Shown here one piece after another: positions 28,802-38,963 of a DNA stretch of 64,000 nt. Each line of letters starts with the position of its first letter. Positions within the stretch are counted from its first letter, which is position 1. The position numbers and the translations under genes are program-made. This DNA comes from Syntrophorhabdaceae bacterium (GTDB lineage: Bacteria > Desulfobacterota > Syntrophorhabdia > Syntrophorhabdales > Syntrophorhabdaceae), in NCBI GenBank assembly GCA_963665295.1, contig OY762209.1, positions 3,520,001 to 3,584,000 on the forward strand, read 5' to 3'. A model generated the notes under the pieces. That model was given only the letters and a program-made list of their open reading frames with translations, was not told where the DNA came from and did no database searches.

Positions 28802-31207
28802 CTATTTCCACCCCTTCGCTACAATCTCTCTCGATTTACTGTAAGGATATTTTTTGGTGAGACCGGCCACCGATAGTTTCCGGTCCTCTTCGCGCATATA
28901 GTGGATGAGCACCACTGACGCCCAATAGTCGCCATAATAGCTCGTGCCTTTCAACTGCGCGGGGATACCTTTCCTGTTGACCGTATGGCACGCGGCGCAC
29001 GTTACCGGCCCTGCATACTTACCGTCGGGGCTGAACTGGAGAGCCTGTTCGTGGGAAGTGAGGTCCACCGTCGCCTTGGGACCTTCATATCTTACAGGAT
29101 ACAACCCGTGCATCGATTCGTGGCATGTCTGGCACGCAAGGACCCCATGGGCTTTTGAATATCTGTACAGTGCATACTTCCCCGGCTGGTCCATAGGAAA
29201 GTATCTTCCTCCTTCGCTTTCCACAAAGGGCGCCGCGTGGCAGTTTGCGCAGTGGGGCACCCCCGGCGCAAGCCACCAGTCGCTCCCTCCCGAGGCAGCC
29301 GCATAGGTAATGTCCTCGCCTTTGTCTGCGTTCCATGGCAGTACGGTGAGGGTTCCGTTCCTCCCTTTCGAGGTACGTGCAAGGGTCGCTCCCCGGTGTT
29401 CCGCATAGAAGGCATAGAGGGGCTCTCCTTTTGCGCTTACCACAGGGTCCGCAAAGAATTCCCTGAATTTCTTCGCGTCCCCGCCGGCCAACCTTTCGAT
29501 TATGTCGCGGACCGGCTTATTCCTCAGGGTTTTCCCTTTCTGCGCTACCACATCCGTGAGGTTGTCGAAACGGTAAAGCTCATGGGTCAGGTGGTTATGG
29601 CAATTCGTGCAATAGAGTCCCCTCAGGGTCCCGACCTTTTCCCCCGACTCGTCCTTCAGGCTCACCTCGTTAAGATACCATTTGCCTATCTCGTTGAGAA
29701 AGAAAGGGGGAGTCGCATGGGGGTTGGTATGGGCATCCCTCCTCAGGAAACATCCGCCCCCCGAGACCCGCACATCTGCTTCCGAGAACCGGGGGTTTCC
29801 ATTTCCGTCGGTAATGCTGAAAGGATTGGTCGTGGTATCGTTCATTTCGCCGTTTTGCCAATGAGTCGGGTGACAGGCCTGGCAGTTCTGTGTCCTGCCT
29901 GCCTTATCGGGCATGCGGATAGCCCTCGCATGGACGGAGTGTATTGCCTCTGTGAGGGGCCTGGCCCTGACCGGCCTGTACCCCGTGGTTCCGGGCCTCG
30001 GCGACATGAGGTTTCCCGACATGTTGTCCCCGTGGCAGTCGGGACAGTTGACCGCGCCTACCTTGCCGAGCCTGTTGGACGGCGCATCGGAGTTATAGTC
30101 TCTCAGAAAGTTTGTCTTATGTTTCTTGTCGTGGAGTTCGAGGACATTTACCGAAGCAGTGATGAGTCTCGCCATGAATTCGGTGGTATCGGAATATTTC
30201 GTTTTCCAGTACACATATTCTTTGTCGAAAAGGTGCAGTCCCAGTCCTCGAGAGAGGTTTGCGGCAAGTCCCTCCCCGGCATGACAAAGGGCGCAATTCG
30301 ATATATCGACGGGGTTGGTTCCGAAGAATTGAACGACCTTTCCCTGCGTGGTAAGGGGGTCGCCTTTCTCATTTTCCATGCGGACAACCGCGTACTGGTA
30401 CGGCTGAAAGTCCCGTCCCCTGACTGTCCGTATGCTCCCCTTTCTTTTGGAGTCATTGAAAGCCGTGAGGGGAAGACCCAGCGCATCCCACAAGTACGAA
30501 GAGGTAAGCTTGAGGGGAATGTCCCTGACCCCGGCGATCATGGAATCGGTGAACACGATATTACCTCCCTGGGAACCCGAATAGTCCATGTAGCCTCCGG
30601 AGATATTCTTGCCTGATGGACCTGAGTCGATATTTACGGGTATTTCCTTTCCGATATGGAACCTCCGGGTCTGTGCGGGATTCTCCGGCCGGGTGCCCTC
30701 CAGTCCTTTGTAGATGAAAAGGTGGTTCCACACGTAGTTTGCGAGGTTATCCCCGGGACTGCTCATGGTTTCGCCTCCACTCACATCCTTCAGGACCTGC
30801 CAGTATTTCATCTTATTCCCTTCGCTGTAGGTATTGTCTTTTATGGAGTAGGTGAGTCTGACTTTGTCCTCCGGCGACAGGAGGCGAGGTTTTTCGCCTC
30901 CGAGGCCCGACTGTACTGCCTGACTCTGGACGCTATTATAAGGCGGGATAATGCAGCAGTATGACATTTCGAAACCAACGCAATGCATTCCAAGTTCGTA
31001 GTTGACGAAGATGTTGTAAGGGTTCTTCGGGGCATAAGCCGTTCCTTCTTCTCCCGGTGTTTTCGTGTCAACCTTCACGGGTGCGAGGATGGACAACCCA
31101 AAAGGAGGGTCGGGGTTGTAGGGCGCTTCGTCGGTGAGCGCCCCACGGTTATGCGCAAGAATGAGAAGGGCCGCGATAAGAAGCGCCGCGGCCAATGCTT
31201 TCTTCAT
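28802..31207 (-). CDS. Exported multiheme c-type cytochrome (7 CxxCH)
   Basis: Signal peptide; CALCH, CPDCH, CQACH, CTNCH, CANCH, CQTCH, CAACH. Confidence 0.88.
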   Translation of the reverse strand: MKKALAAALLIAALLILAHNRGALTDEAPYNPDPPFGLSILAPVKVDTKTPGEEGTAYAPKNPYNIFVNYELGMHCVGFEMSYCCIIPPYNSVQSQAVQSGLGGEKPRLLSPEDKVRLTYSIKDNTYSEGNKMKYWQVLKDVSGGETMSSPGDNLANYVWNHLFIYKGLEGTRPENPAQTRRFHIGKEIPVNIDSGPSGKNISGGYMDYSGSQGGNIVFTDSMIAGVRDIPLKLTSSYLWDALGLPLTAFNDSKRKGSIRTVRGRDFQPYQYAVVRMENEKGDPLTTQGKVVQFFGTNPVDISNCALCHAGEGLAANLSRGLGLHLFDKEYVYWKTKYSDTTEFMARLITASVNVLELHDKKHKTNFLRDYNSDAPSNRLGKVGAVNCPDCHGDNMSGNLMSPRPGTTGYRPVRARPLTEAIHSVHARAIRMPDKAGRTQNCQACHPTHWQNGEMNDTTTNPFSITDGNGNPRFSEADVRVSGGGCFLRRDAHTNPHATPPFFLNEIGKWYLNEVSLKDESGEKVGTLRGLYCTNCHNHLTHELYRFDNLTDVVAQKGKTLRNKPVRDIIERLAGGDAKKFREFFADPVVSAKGEPLYAFYAEHRGATLARTSKGRNGTLTVLPWNADKGEDITYAAASGGSDWWLAPGVPHCANCHAAPFVESEGGRYFPMDQPGKYALYRYSKAHGVLACQTCHESMHGLYPVRYEGPKATVDLTSHEQALQFSPDGKYAGPVTCAACHTVNRKGIPAQLKGTSYYGDYWASVVLIHYMREEDRKLSVAGLTKKYPYSKSREIVAKGWK

Positions 31208-31220
31208 GGCTTCTTCTCTC

Positions 31221-31880
31221 TCAGTCGGGGCAGGCCGCGCCCTTTTCAGCCCACTCCTTCATGTATTTCACAAATGCTTCGTGGCTCATAGGTACTGCTT
31301 TACGCCCTTCACCAGGGTTCCACCCCCAGAGAACGAGAGGGGCTGTCCGGACATGTTCGACTATCTCCATGGGGGTTCTGTTGCCGTTTTGGGCGGAGTC
31401 CTTCAATTGGACGCACAGTTCGTGAGGCGTCCTTTTCTCGAAGACCATGGGCATGTCTTCGGGCGGTAACTGCCAGCCCGGACTGCCCGGAGGCATATGG
31501 GCGCCGGCCGGGTTTACCGATTGGTGACAGTTGCTGCATTGCATTGCACTCTTACCCATGCCTCCGGGGCCGCGTTTCACCTTCATAGCATGGGTGCGGC
31601 TTTCCTCCCCCTGGAGAGGCGCATCGCCCGCAGGGTGGCAGTTGACGCACCGGGGGTGCAGAAACACGGGGTAAGCGGCGAGGAACGCTTTGGCGGAGGC
31701 CCCGGGGTCCTGAGAGGTCTGGGCGTATACCACGCCTATCCCGGGGATCTTTGCCGTCAGGGTGTTGATGACCGGTGAATCGCCGAGGCTCATGAGACTC
31801 GCGGCTATGATTGCGGAAGAGATCACGGCTCCTGCAAGAACCGCTTTTATGGTCTCCTGTCTTTTGATTGTGCACTTCAT
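31221..31880 (-). CDS. Diheme c-type cytochrome of the type found next to iorAB
   Basis: N-terminal hydrophobic helix; [21 protein letters not shown]-terminal GAACP. Confidence 0.85.
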   Translation of the reverse strand: MKCTIKRQETIKAVLAGAVISSAIIAASLMSLGDSPVINTLTAKIPGIGVVYAQTSQDPGASAKAFLAAYPVFLHPRCVNCHPAGDAPLQGEESRTHAMKVKRGPGGMGKSAMQCSNCHQSVNPAGAHMPPGSPGWQLPPEDMPMVFEKRTPHELCVQLKDSAQNGNRTPMEIVEHVRTAPLVLWGWNPGEGRKAVPMSHEAFVKYMKEWAEKGAACPD

Positions 31881-31922
31881 GATGGTACCTCCTTCGCTCA
31901 GTGGGACGTTGGATACCCGGAC

Positions 31923-34082
31923 TCAAGTCTTCCTTAAATTCACAGTACCGATGGGCAGGCGCCTGACTCTCACTCCCGTGGCCGCAAAGATTGCGTTGGC
32001 CACCGCAGGGGCTATGGGAGGCGTTCCCGGCTCGCCTACGCCGCTCGGGGGCTCTATGCCGGGGACAATATGGACCTCGACCACGGGCATTTCGTCCATG
32101 CGCAGGACCGGGTAGTCGTTGAAATTGCCTTGCTCCACACGGCCGTTTTTCAGCGTGACTGCGCCGTAAAGGGCAGCGGAAAGGCCGAAGACGACGGCGG
32201 ACTCCATCTGGGCTTCAACAGTGGCGGGATTGACGGCCCGGCCACAGTCGACGGCGCATACGACCCGATGAACCCGCACTTTCCCTTCAGGGTTCACCGA
32301 GACCTCGGCCACCTGGGCGACGACACTGCCAAAGGACTCATGCACGGCGATGCCGCGGCCATGGCCCTGAGGCAACGCGCTGCCCCAACCGGATTTTTTG
32401 GCCGCCATTTCAAGTACGTTTCGATGACGCAGGTGACGGGAGAGAAGGGCTCTCCGGAATTCATAGGGATCTTTGCCTGCCTTGTGGGCCGTCTCATCCA
32501 GAAATCCGTTAACCACAAACGCCGTGTGGGAGTGGCCTACCGAGCGCCACCAGAGCACGGGCACCCCTGTCTTCGGACTATGCAGGTCAACAAGGATATT
32601 GGGGATTTCGTAGGGGATATCCGCCGCCCCTTCCACGGAAGCTTTGTCTACACCGCCCTTTATCATGTGCTCCGCGAAAGGTGTGCCTTCCATGATAGAC
32701 TGTCCTGCCATGGTGTGTTGCCATGCAACCAGGTTTCCGCGGGTATCTATTCCTGCCGTCAACCGGTCGTACCACATGGGTCGGTAGTAACCGCCCCGGG
32801 TGTCATCCTCGCGGGTCCAGATCACCTTCACCGGTTTCCCTATAGCTTTGGAGACCTGGACGGCCTCGACCACAAAGTCAGAGTACGGGTTTGCGCGCCG
32901 TCCGAAGCCGCCGCCCAGGTAGGTAGTGTGGACCTTCACCGTTGCCGGCTTGAGTCCGGTAACCCTTGCCGCCGCGTTGCGGTCGAAGGTTTGGAACTGG
33001 GTACCCGTCCAGATATCGCAGGTCCCTGCACGCAGGTCCACCAAGCAGTTCAGGGGTTCCATGGCGGCGTGGGCGAGGTAGGGGACTTCATACTCGGCAG
33101 TGAGTTGTTGAGCGGCCCCCGCCAAGGCTTTTTGAACGTCGCCCTCTTTTCTGGCTACCATGCCTGGAGTTTTGACGAGGCTGGCGTAGTCGGTTCGCAG
33201 CTTCTCTGTGGAAAGCGTGGCAAGAGTTCCCTCATCCCAGACGATTTCGAGGAGGTCCCGACCTTTCTTGGCCGCCCAGAAGCTTTCCGCGACAATGGCT
33301 ACCCCGGAATCGATCCGGGTTACGTCCCTGACGCCGGGGACGGCCCTCGCCTTCAGGTCGTTGACGCTTCGCGCCTTACCGCCGAAGACAGGCGGGCGGG
33401 CTACCACTGCGATAAGCGCACCCGGGATAGCCGCGTCAATGCCGAAGGCAGCCTTTCCGTTAACCTTCTCCGGTGTGTCGAGACGACGGGTCGGCTTCCC
33501 GATGATCTTGAAGGTCGAAGGGTCTTTCAACGATATGTTCCGGGGCACGGGCATGGCAGCGGCCTTATCCGACAATTCACCGAATGTCAGTTTCTTGCCG
33601 CTCTTGTGATACACTATGCCGTTTTCCGCCCGGCAACTCCTTTTGCTCACCTTCCATGTCCGGGCTGCGGCGCCGAGAAGCATTTCGCGGGCCGCGGCGC
33701 CAACCTTTCGCATCCGCTCCCATTCACTGGCCACGCTCGTGCTGCCCCCGGTCGCCTGCACGCCGAAGGTGGTGTGGTTATAGACGGGGTCCACGGGTGC
33801 TGCCTCCAATCTGATTTTGTTCCATTCACACTCCAGTTCCTCGGCGATCAGCATGGGCAGGGATGTGTAGACCCCCTGTCCCATCTCCGAATGATTGAGC
33901 ACCATGGTGACTGTGCTGTCGGGGCTGATTCGGAGAAAAGCGGAGGGGGTGAAGGGTGCTTCGGCAGGTTGAGCGGCGTGGGCGTATTTGCCGGAAACGG
34001 GTATCCCGAATCCGAGAATCAGAGCCCCGTTGAAGGCTGTTTTCAGGAACCCGCGACGACTGACATTGACGATCTCTCTCAT
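31923..34082 (-). CDS. iorB: Molybdopterin-binding subunit, xanthine oxidase family (IorB/aldehyde oxidoreductase-like), Tat signal
   Basis: SRRGFLK Tat motif, [32 protein letters not shown]. Confidence 0.9.
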   Translation of the reverse strand: MREIVNVSRRGFLKTAFNGALILGFGIPVSGKYAHAAQPAEAPFTPSAFLRISPDSTVTMVLNHSEMGQGVYTSLPMLIAEELECEWNKIRLEAAPVDPVYNHTTFGVQATGGSTSVASEWERMRKVGAAAREMLLGAAARTWKVSKRSCRAENGIVYHKSGKKLTFGELSDKAAAMPVPRNISLKDPSTFKIIGKPTRRLDTPEKVNGKAAFGIDAAIPGALIAVVARPPVFGGKARSVNDLKARAVPGVRDVTRIDSGVAIVAESFWAAKKGRDLLEIVWDEGTLATLSTEKLRTDYASLVKTPGMVARKEGDVQKALAGAAQQLTAEYEVPYLAHAAMEPLNCLVDLRAGTCDIWTGTQFQTFDRNAAARVTGLKPATVKVHTTYLGGGFGRRANPYSDFVVEAVQVSKAIGKPVKVIWTREDDTRGGYYRPMWYDRLTAGIDTRGNLVAWQHTMAGQSIMEGTPFAEHMIKGGVDKASVEGAADIPYEIPNILVDLHSPKTGVPVLWWRSVGHSHTAFVVNGFLDETAHKAGKDPYEFRRALLSRHLRHRNVLEMAAKKSGWGSALPQGHGRGIAVHESFGSVVAQVAEVSVNPEGKVRVHRVVCAVDCGRAVNPATVEAQMESAVVFGLSAALYGAVTLKNGRVEQGNFNDYPVLRMDEMPVVEVHIVPGIEPPSGVGEPGTPPIAPAVANAIFAATGVRVRRLPIGTVNLRKT

Positions 34083-34549
34083 CTTCGTCCCCCTTGGGCC
34101 ATGGCGGCCGCCGCGCGGTGAATGGCGCGCCGGATCCGCTGGTATGTGCCGCAGCGGCAGATATTGCCCGACATGGCATCATCGATATCCGCATCGGTGG
34201 GCCTGGGATTTTCTTTGAGAAGCGCCGCGGCAGACATGATCTGCCCGGAGTGGCAGTACCCGCACTGGGGTACATCCTCGGCGACCCAGGCCTGCTGGAC
34301 GGGATGGCTGCCGTCGGGCGAGAGACCTTCGATGGTCACAATGTCTTTACCCGCGATGGAAGCGACGGGGGTGACACAGGAGCGCACAGCCTCCCCGTTC
34401 ACATGGACCGTGCAGGCGCCGCACTGGGCCATGCCGCAGCCGTATTTGGTACCCGTCAAGCCAAGGTTTTCACGGATCACCCACAAGAGCGGCGTGTCTG
34501 GAGGGACTTCCACATCGTATCTTTTCCCGTTTACTTTGAGCGAAATCAT
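34079..34549 (-). CDS. iorA: (2Fe-2S)-binding small subunit (IorA-like)
   Basis: [30 protein letters not shown]. Confidence 0.92.
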   Translation of the reverse strand: MISLKVNGKRYDVEVPPDTPLLWVIRENLGLTGTKYGCGMAQCGACTVHVNGEAVRSCVTPVASIAGKDIVTIEGLSPDGSHPVQQAWVAEDVPQCGYCHSGQIMSAAALLKENPRPTDADIDDAMSGNICRCGTYQRIRRAIHRAAAAMAQGGRR

Positions 34550-34936
34550 AGGCACCTCCTGTGATATCACGCACGGAAGCGTGATTCATATGTCCTTCCC
34601 GCCCCTCTTCGGTAATTGCACGTGAAGCTCCGAGTGTGCCGGTGTTCCCCAAGGGAAATCTATTCACGGGGATATTATTTGTCCAGTGCGGGACGCCGGT
34701 TATTCCGGTCGGTCTGTGGCAGGGTAGGTTGCGGGGATAGGGTCCGGGCCCCGGAAAGGCGGAGTCCGGGCTTCTTTTACCGCATTCTTAGAGGTGGCTG
34801 TCTCTTCTATTTCGCAGCGTATCCCGGTGGGGGGCGATGGATTCTTGAATGGGCCGTGGAGGTGCTAATTTCCGACACAATGCTGGAAAAGCCAATTCGA
34901 CAAGCAGGGAATATCAATTGCCGGCTTGATGTCTCC

Positions 34937-35836
34937 TTACTCTTTTGTCAATTGCACCAAGTATTTGCCGTATTCGTTATTTTGCATCTGTTTTGCGAGA
35001 CCGAGCAGGCCCTCTCTGTCGATATATCCCATTCTATAGGCGATTTCCTCGATGCAGGCGATCTTCAAACCCTGCCGTTGTTCGATGGTGGCGACAAAAG
35101 AGGACGCCTCAAGGAGTGAATCGTGGGTACCGGTATCGAGCCATGCAAAGCCCCTGCTGAAAAGCTGCACCTTGAGCTTACCGGAGAAAAGATAGGTCCT
35201 GTTCAGGTCGGTGATCTCAAACTCTCCGCGAGCTGAAGGTTTGAGGTTCTCTGCGATATCAACGACCGTATTGTCGTAAAAATATAGTCCTGGTACCGCG
35301 TAATTGGATTTCGGTTTGCTCGGTTTTTCCTCGATGCTCAATACCTTGCCGTCTTTATCGAATTCCACTACCCCGTAGCGTTCAGGATCCTTGACCCTGT
35401 AACCGAAAACGAGACCGCCTTCACGCAACTGAATAGCATCGTTGAGGATTTGCTGCATGCCCTGACCATAGAAGATATTGTCGCCCAGAATAAGGCACAC
35501 CTTCGATTGTCCGATAAACTCCCTGCCGATCGTAAAGGCCTGCGCGAGTCCTTCCGGTCGGGGCTGTTCTATGTATGAGAAGGAAACTCCCCATTTCGAT
35601 CCGTCTCCCAAAAGATCCTTGAATCTAGGCAAGTCAACAGGGGTCGAAATGATAAGGATCTCTTTTATGCCGGCAAGCATGAGGACCGATAACGGGTAAT
35701 AGATCATCGGTTTGTCATAGACGGGAAGAAGCTGTTTACTCACAACCTGGGTGATCGGGTACAATCGTGTGCCGGAACCCCCGGCAAGGATTATGCCCTT
35801 CCAGTTGCCGTTACTCTTTCTGATATCTTCATCCAT
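34937..35836 (-). CDS. rfbA: Glucose-1-phosphate thymidylyltransferase
   Basis: [45 protein letters not shown]. Confidence 0.96.
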   Translation of the reverse strand: MDEDIRKSNGNWKGIILAGGSGTRLYPITQVVSKQLLPVYDKPMIYYPLSVLMLAGIKEILIISTPVDLPRFKDLLGDGSKWGVSFSYIEQPRPEGLAQAFTIGREFIGQSKVCLILGDNIFYGQGMQQILNDAIQLREGGLVFGYRVKDPERYGVVEFDKDGKVLSIEEKPSKPKSNYAVPGLYFYDNTVVDIAENLKPSARGEFEITDLNRTYLFSGKLKVQLFSRGFAWLDTGTHDSLLEASSFVATIEQRQGLKIACIEEIAYRMGYIDREGLLGLAKQMQNNEYGKYLVQLTKE

Positions 35837-36505
35837 TGCTCAGACTTACTCCCTCAATAATAGTCTATTGAAAATGGGGCCGAACCGGCAGCGAACAGTT
35901 TTCCAACCGCAAGGTAATCGGCCGCATATCGGATAAATTATGTACCAGTTCTTCCGGTAATTACAAGTAAAATTATCCCCCTTGGTCCGGCGGTCGGAGA
36001 GTGTTTGGGATGCAGCACCTTTCTGACGAGGGCAAGGCCACCGACGAAGGGCCTCCCCGTTCAGGGAGAAGCCCGCACATGTTGTCTGCCCGCGTTTTGA
36101 CGTCATAGCGACGGCAAAATCGTCGCCAGGTGGTTGCGTTTTGGCTGCAAAAGGGCGCGAGGAATAGACGACTTTTTCTGATGAGAATCATCGAACCCAA
36201 TTTTGGAATCGACCTGCAGGGATTGAGGGCTGCAGGTTTCACGATCTGCGGCATGCAAGAAATCGGGGGAATCACGAGGAACCGTGGGGCGAGCGAACGC
36301 CGCCACGACAAGCGGATATATCCACGTTTTCTTGATAGGGAGATGGGGATAGGCAACAGGGTAACTGGATGGAAGGAAGACCAAAAAAGATACGCAACGA
36401 CAAGACGGAAGAATGTCTACGTAAAAAAAGTGGTCTGAAAGCACGAAAAACCAACCGTGTACCAGACCATGCAACGCTCATAACCGAAGCGTCTGAAAAA
36501 CAATG

Positions 36506-36579
36506 TGGGCCGTGGAGGATTCGAACCTCCGACCAATTGATTAAGAGTCAACTGCTCTACCGGACTGAGCTAACGGCCC
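36506..36579 (-). tRNA. tRNA-Lys(CTT), CCA not encoded
   Basis: GGGCCGTTAGCTCAGTCCGGTAGAGCAGTTGACTCTTAATCAATTGGTCGGAGGTTCGAATCCTCCACGGCCCA folds as a cloverleaf; anticodon CTT. Confidence 0.96.
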
Positions 36580-37066
36580 AAGATGAGTTTTTATAACACA
36601 GACAAGGGGTTACGTGCAACAGAAATCTCGTTATTTTTGCCGGATTCTGGGTGTGTTGTTCAGCGGGACCGGTGTTGGGACTCCGTGTTACCGTGGGCGG
36701 CGGTGGATGTGCGGGATCAAAATACCCGTAGACTTCTTGAATGATTATCAAGACATCACCGATTATGAGCGGTTCAAGATGATTCCGGTCTCATATACTG
36801 CCTTCAGGTCGGTCCTGCAACAGGCGAGCTTGTGTCTCACGAAATGATACCCACTCAACTCAGACCCTTTCACGCAATCTCCGCACTTGTGCGACGGATG
36901 CAGTGTGGATCGGAAACGTTCCGGACAGAGAGGGCGGAGCTTCAGGTGCTACGGTAAGACTTGAGGAAGATTACACGTTGACTCTCCGCTGGACCTGAGG
37001 CCTTCCGAAGGGACGAGCGCGGTTTCCGGGTATTCTCCGAATGGTTTTCACGGTACATGCTTCGAT

Positions 37067-37163
37067 GCGGGGGACAGAGGGGGTTGGAGAGGGTTTGGCT
37101 CCTTGAGCGCTTTCGCGTCAATCCGCCTTACCCTCTCACGGAAGACTTAGGGCTTGTCCCCGC
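37067..37163 (-). ncRNA. Candidate structured RNA element directly after the zinc-finger ORF
   Basis: Nested helices GCGGGGACA/UGUCCCC(C)GC, GAGAGGGU/ACCCUCUC, GGC/GCC, UUGA/UCAA, CGC/GCG closed by a GAAA tetraloop. Confidence 0.4.
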
Positions 37164-37166
37164 CGT

Positions 37167-37364
37167 CTATTTCTGACAGTCGGGGCAGAGCGCCGTTCGT
37201 TTATAGACTTCCCAGCTTTCCGGGGTAAACATACCCGGCGATACACAATGGTTGCAACATATGCATTGAAAACGCATATATGCCTTTTCTGTTTTTGAGT
37301 GATGGACGGGACCGTTTTTGCGTGCATTACGCGTTGCCCTTAATCGTGTCCGTTGTGCCTGCAT
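37167..37364 (-). CDS. Small Cys-rich putative zinc-finger protein (65 aa)
   Basis: GGAGGAGGA RBS about 6 nt upstream; CICCNHC and LCPDCQ. Confidence 0.65.
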   Translation of the reverse strand: MQAQRTRLRATRNARKNGPVHHSKTEKAYMRFQCICCNHCVSPGMFTPESWEVYKRTALCPDCQK

Positions 37365-37489
37365 AGTATATCCTCCTCCGAGAATCCTTTGACGCCGGCC
37401 ATATGGGGTGCTCTTTTCTAATCAGATCCCGGCATATTCCGGCGTACTGCAAGAAATTCTTCGTGGACCGGTACGACAATTCGTCCCGA

Positions 37490-37609
37490 TCAGTAACGGC
37501 GTATGGCGCCATGGCCGGCCCGGGCCCTGTAGGTTTCAGGGTAAGGGTGGACTTCATTTGCGGTCAACGCCCTTTCTTTCAACTCCATGCCGTGCAAGTC
37601 GATATTCAT
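37490..37609 (-). CDS. Putative 39-aa small ORF, below the ORF-track cutoff
   Basis: AAGGAG RBS 6 nt before ATG; MNIDLHGMELKERALTANEVHPYPETYRARAGHGAIRRY. Confidence 0.4.
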   Translation of the reverse strand: MNIDLHGMELKERALTANEVHPYPETYRARAGHGAIRRY

Positions 37610-37647
37610 CGACAGCTCCTTGCTTTCGAGTGCCGGTCACTACACTT

Positions 37648-37675
37648 AATATAATGCCTCATTGAGATTTGACAA
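37648..37675 (-). promoter_or_regulatory. Putative sigma70 promoter for the small ORFs
   Basis: TTGTCA-16 bp-TATATT(AA). Confidence 0.5.
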
Positions 37676-37812
37676 GGCCTCGCAAGCGCAAAACCTGAAA
37701 AACTTCGGCCCGGCTTGGGTAAACGGGGGCGCCCTGGCCGAAACGCTGTCTTACGTTGCGTTTCCGGAGGGGGGAGTGACGATATCCGTATGCAGGGTGA
37801 GGGAACGGTCCT

Positions 37813-38838
37813 CTATTTGAAGAGACGGACCATAAGGTCGATGAGATAGTCTATCTCCTCGGCTTTTTCTACCTTGATGTACCGCGCCGGGCGGGCTTGC
37901 ACCCAGAAAATGTTCCGGCCGGGCGGAAGGTGTTTGTCTACCACCCACTCCATATCCTGAGCTTTTCCGAAGTGCTGCTCAACCCGGATCACCGTCTCGG
38001 CAATTTCCATGATTTCCCGATCCTCAAGACAGGGTCTGCACTGAAGGTCCTCTGTCGTCTCCTGGTATAGGGTGCCTGAACGGCCTCTTCGCACCGTGCC
38101 GGTCTTGCAGGCTATCTTCTTTCCCACGATCTCCAGGGTTTTCTTGTCAACAAGGAAGGAATCCGGCGTGATCTCCCCACTCACCACGCTTTCTCCGAAT
38201 CCCCAATTGCCTTCTATGACGACTTTTGTGGTGTCTCCCGTGGTGGGTAAAACCGAGAGCGCCACCCCGGCGGCCTTTGCATCGATCAATTCCATGACCG
38301 CCACCCCTATGGGCGCCCAGTCAAGTGGAAGGCCCCTGTCGAATCTGAAGGTGATGGCGCCGGCTGTGTAGGCGCTTCCCCATACCTTCCTGACGTGGGC
38401 TATGACCGCGTCCTCGCCGGTCACGTTGAGGTAAGAATCCATCTGACCCGGCATGCTGATGGACCCGCTCGACCGGACCGCCACGGGCACGTCTTCCTTT
38501 TCCGTACGACGGCAGAGTTCGCGGTAATACTCCCGAATCTCCTGTTCCATATGGGCGGGAAGGGATTTTGACTCTATGATATCCCGGGCCCTGCAACTGG
38601 TATTGAGACGAGTCTCTACCCGGTTCAGCTCATCTTTTGCCCTGGCGACACATTTCTCGAGATCTTGAGCGGTGCGGGTCAACCTGAGGAACTGTTCGCA
38701 CCCTTTGACGGATATGGCGAAGCCGCGGGGGACCCTGAGTCCCAGTCGAGTCAATTCCCCGAGGTTTGCACATTTCTTGCCCACGAGATCATTTGAGGTT
38801 TGATCGAGTTCTTCAAGCCGGAATATCCACTGTTCCAT
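37813..38838 (-). CDS. PEP/pyruvate-binding (ATP-grasp) domain-only protein, phenylphosphate synthase beta (PpsB)-like
   Basis: VGKKCANLGE, VPRGF, VAVRSS, WGFGESVVSG..TPD, QDMEW, VQARP; no His or PEP domain. Confidence 0.85.
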   Translation of the reverse strand: MEQWIFRLEELDQTSNDLVGKKCANLGELTRLGLRVPRGFAISVKGCEQFLRLTRTAQDLEKCVARAKDELNRVETRLNTSCRARDIIESKSLPAHMEQEIREYYRELCRRTEKEDVPVAVRSSGSISMPGQMDSYLNVTGEDAVIAHVRKVWGSAYTAGAITFRFDRGLPLDWAPIGVAVMELIDAKAAGVALSVLPTTGDTTKVVIEGNWGFGESVVSGEITPDSFLVDKKTLEIVGKKIACKTGTVRRGRSGTLYQETTEDLQCRPCLEDREIMEIAETVIRVEQHFGKAQDMEWVVDKHLPPGRNIFWVQARPARYIKVEKAEEIDYLIDLMVRLFK

Positions 38839-38963
38839 ATCTACTCGCCCCCGGTTGCAGATTTCCTCTCGCTGAATACCTTTGTTGCCTTACCCGGACC
38901 CGTAAGGCCTCGTGTCCCGCCGGTTCGTGTTCCCCTGAAAGGATTTGAAGCAGGAGGGATGGA

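Noticed and set aside
32070..34121. Long antisense ORFs (683 aa here; also 49005-50708, 29237-30616, 45019-46248, 20449-21552)
   Set aside because: They shadow well-supported genes on the opposite strand and have no motifs; expected from codon bias
34550..34936. Moco/Wco riboswitch or sigma54 promoter upstream of iorA
   Set aside because: Conserved riboswitch motifs were not found in the right orientation; the GG-N10-GC candidate lacks TTGC
35846..36481. Several overlapping 70-130 aa ORFs between rfbA and the tRNA
   Set aside because: No clear RBS or motifs, and mutually conflicting frames
35846..36579. tRNA-Lys as an integration site for an island
   Set aside because: No integrase and no duplicate of the tRNA 3' end seen in the window
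36506..36579. tRNA-Pyl or suppressor tRNA
   Set aside because: The anticodon is CTT, not CTA, and the cloverleaf is canonical
37418..37492. Possible selenocysteine readthrough: the TGA of the 39-aa ORF is followed by a small hairpin and 23 more sense codons
   Set aside because: The hairpin loop is closer to the UGA than in typical bacterial SECIS elements, and there is no redox motif or recognisable selenoprotein family
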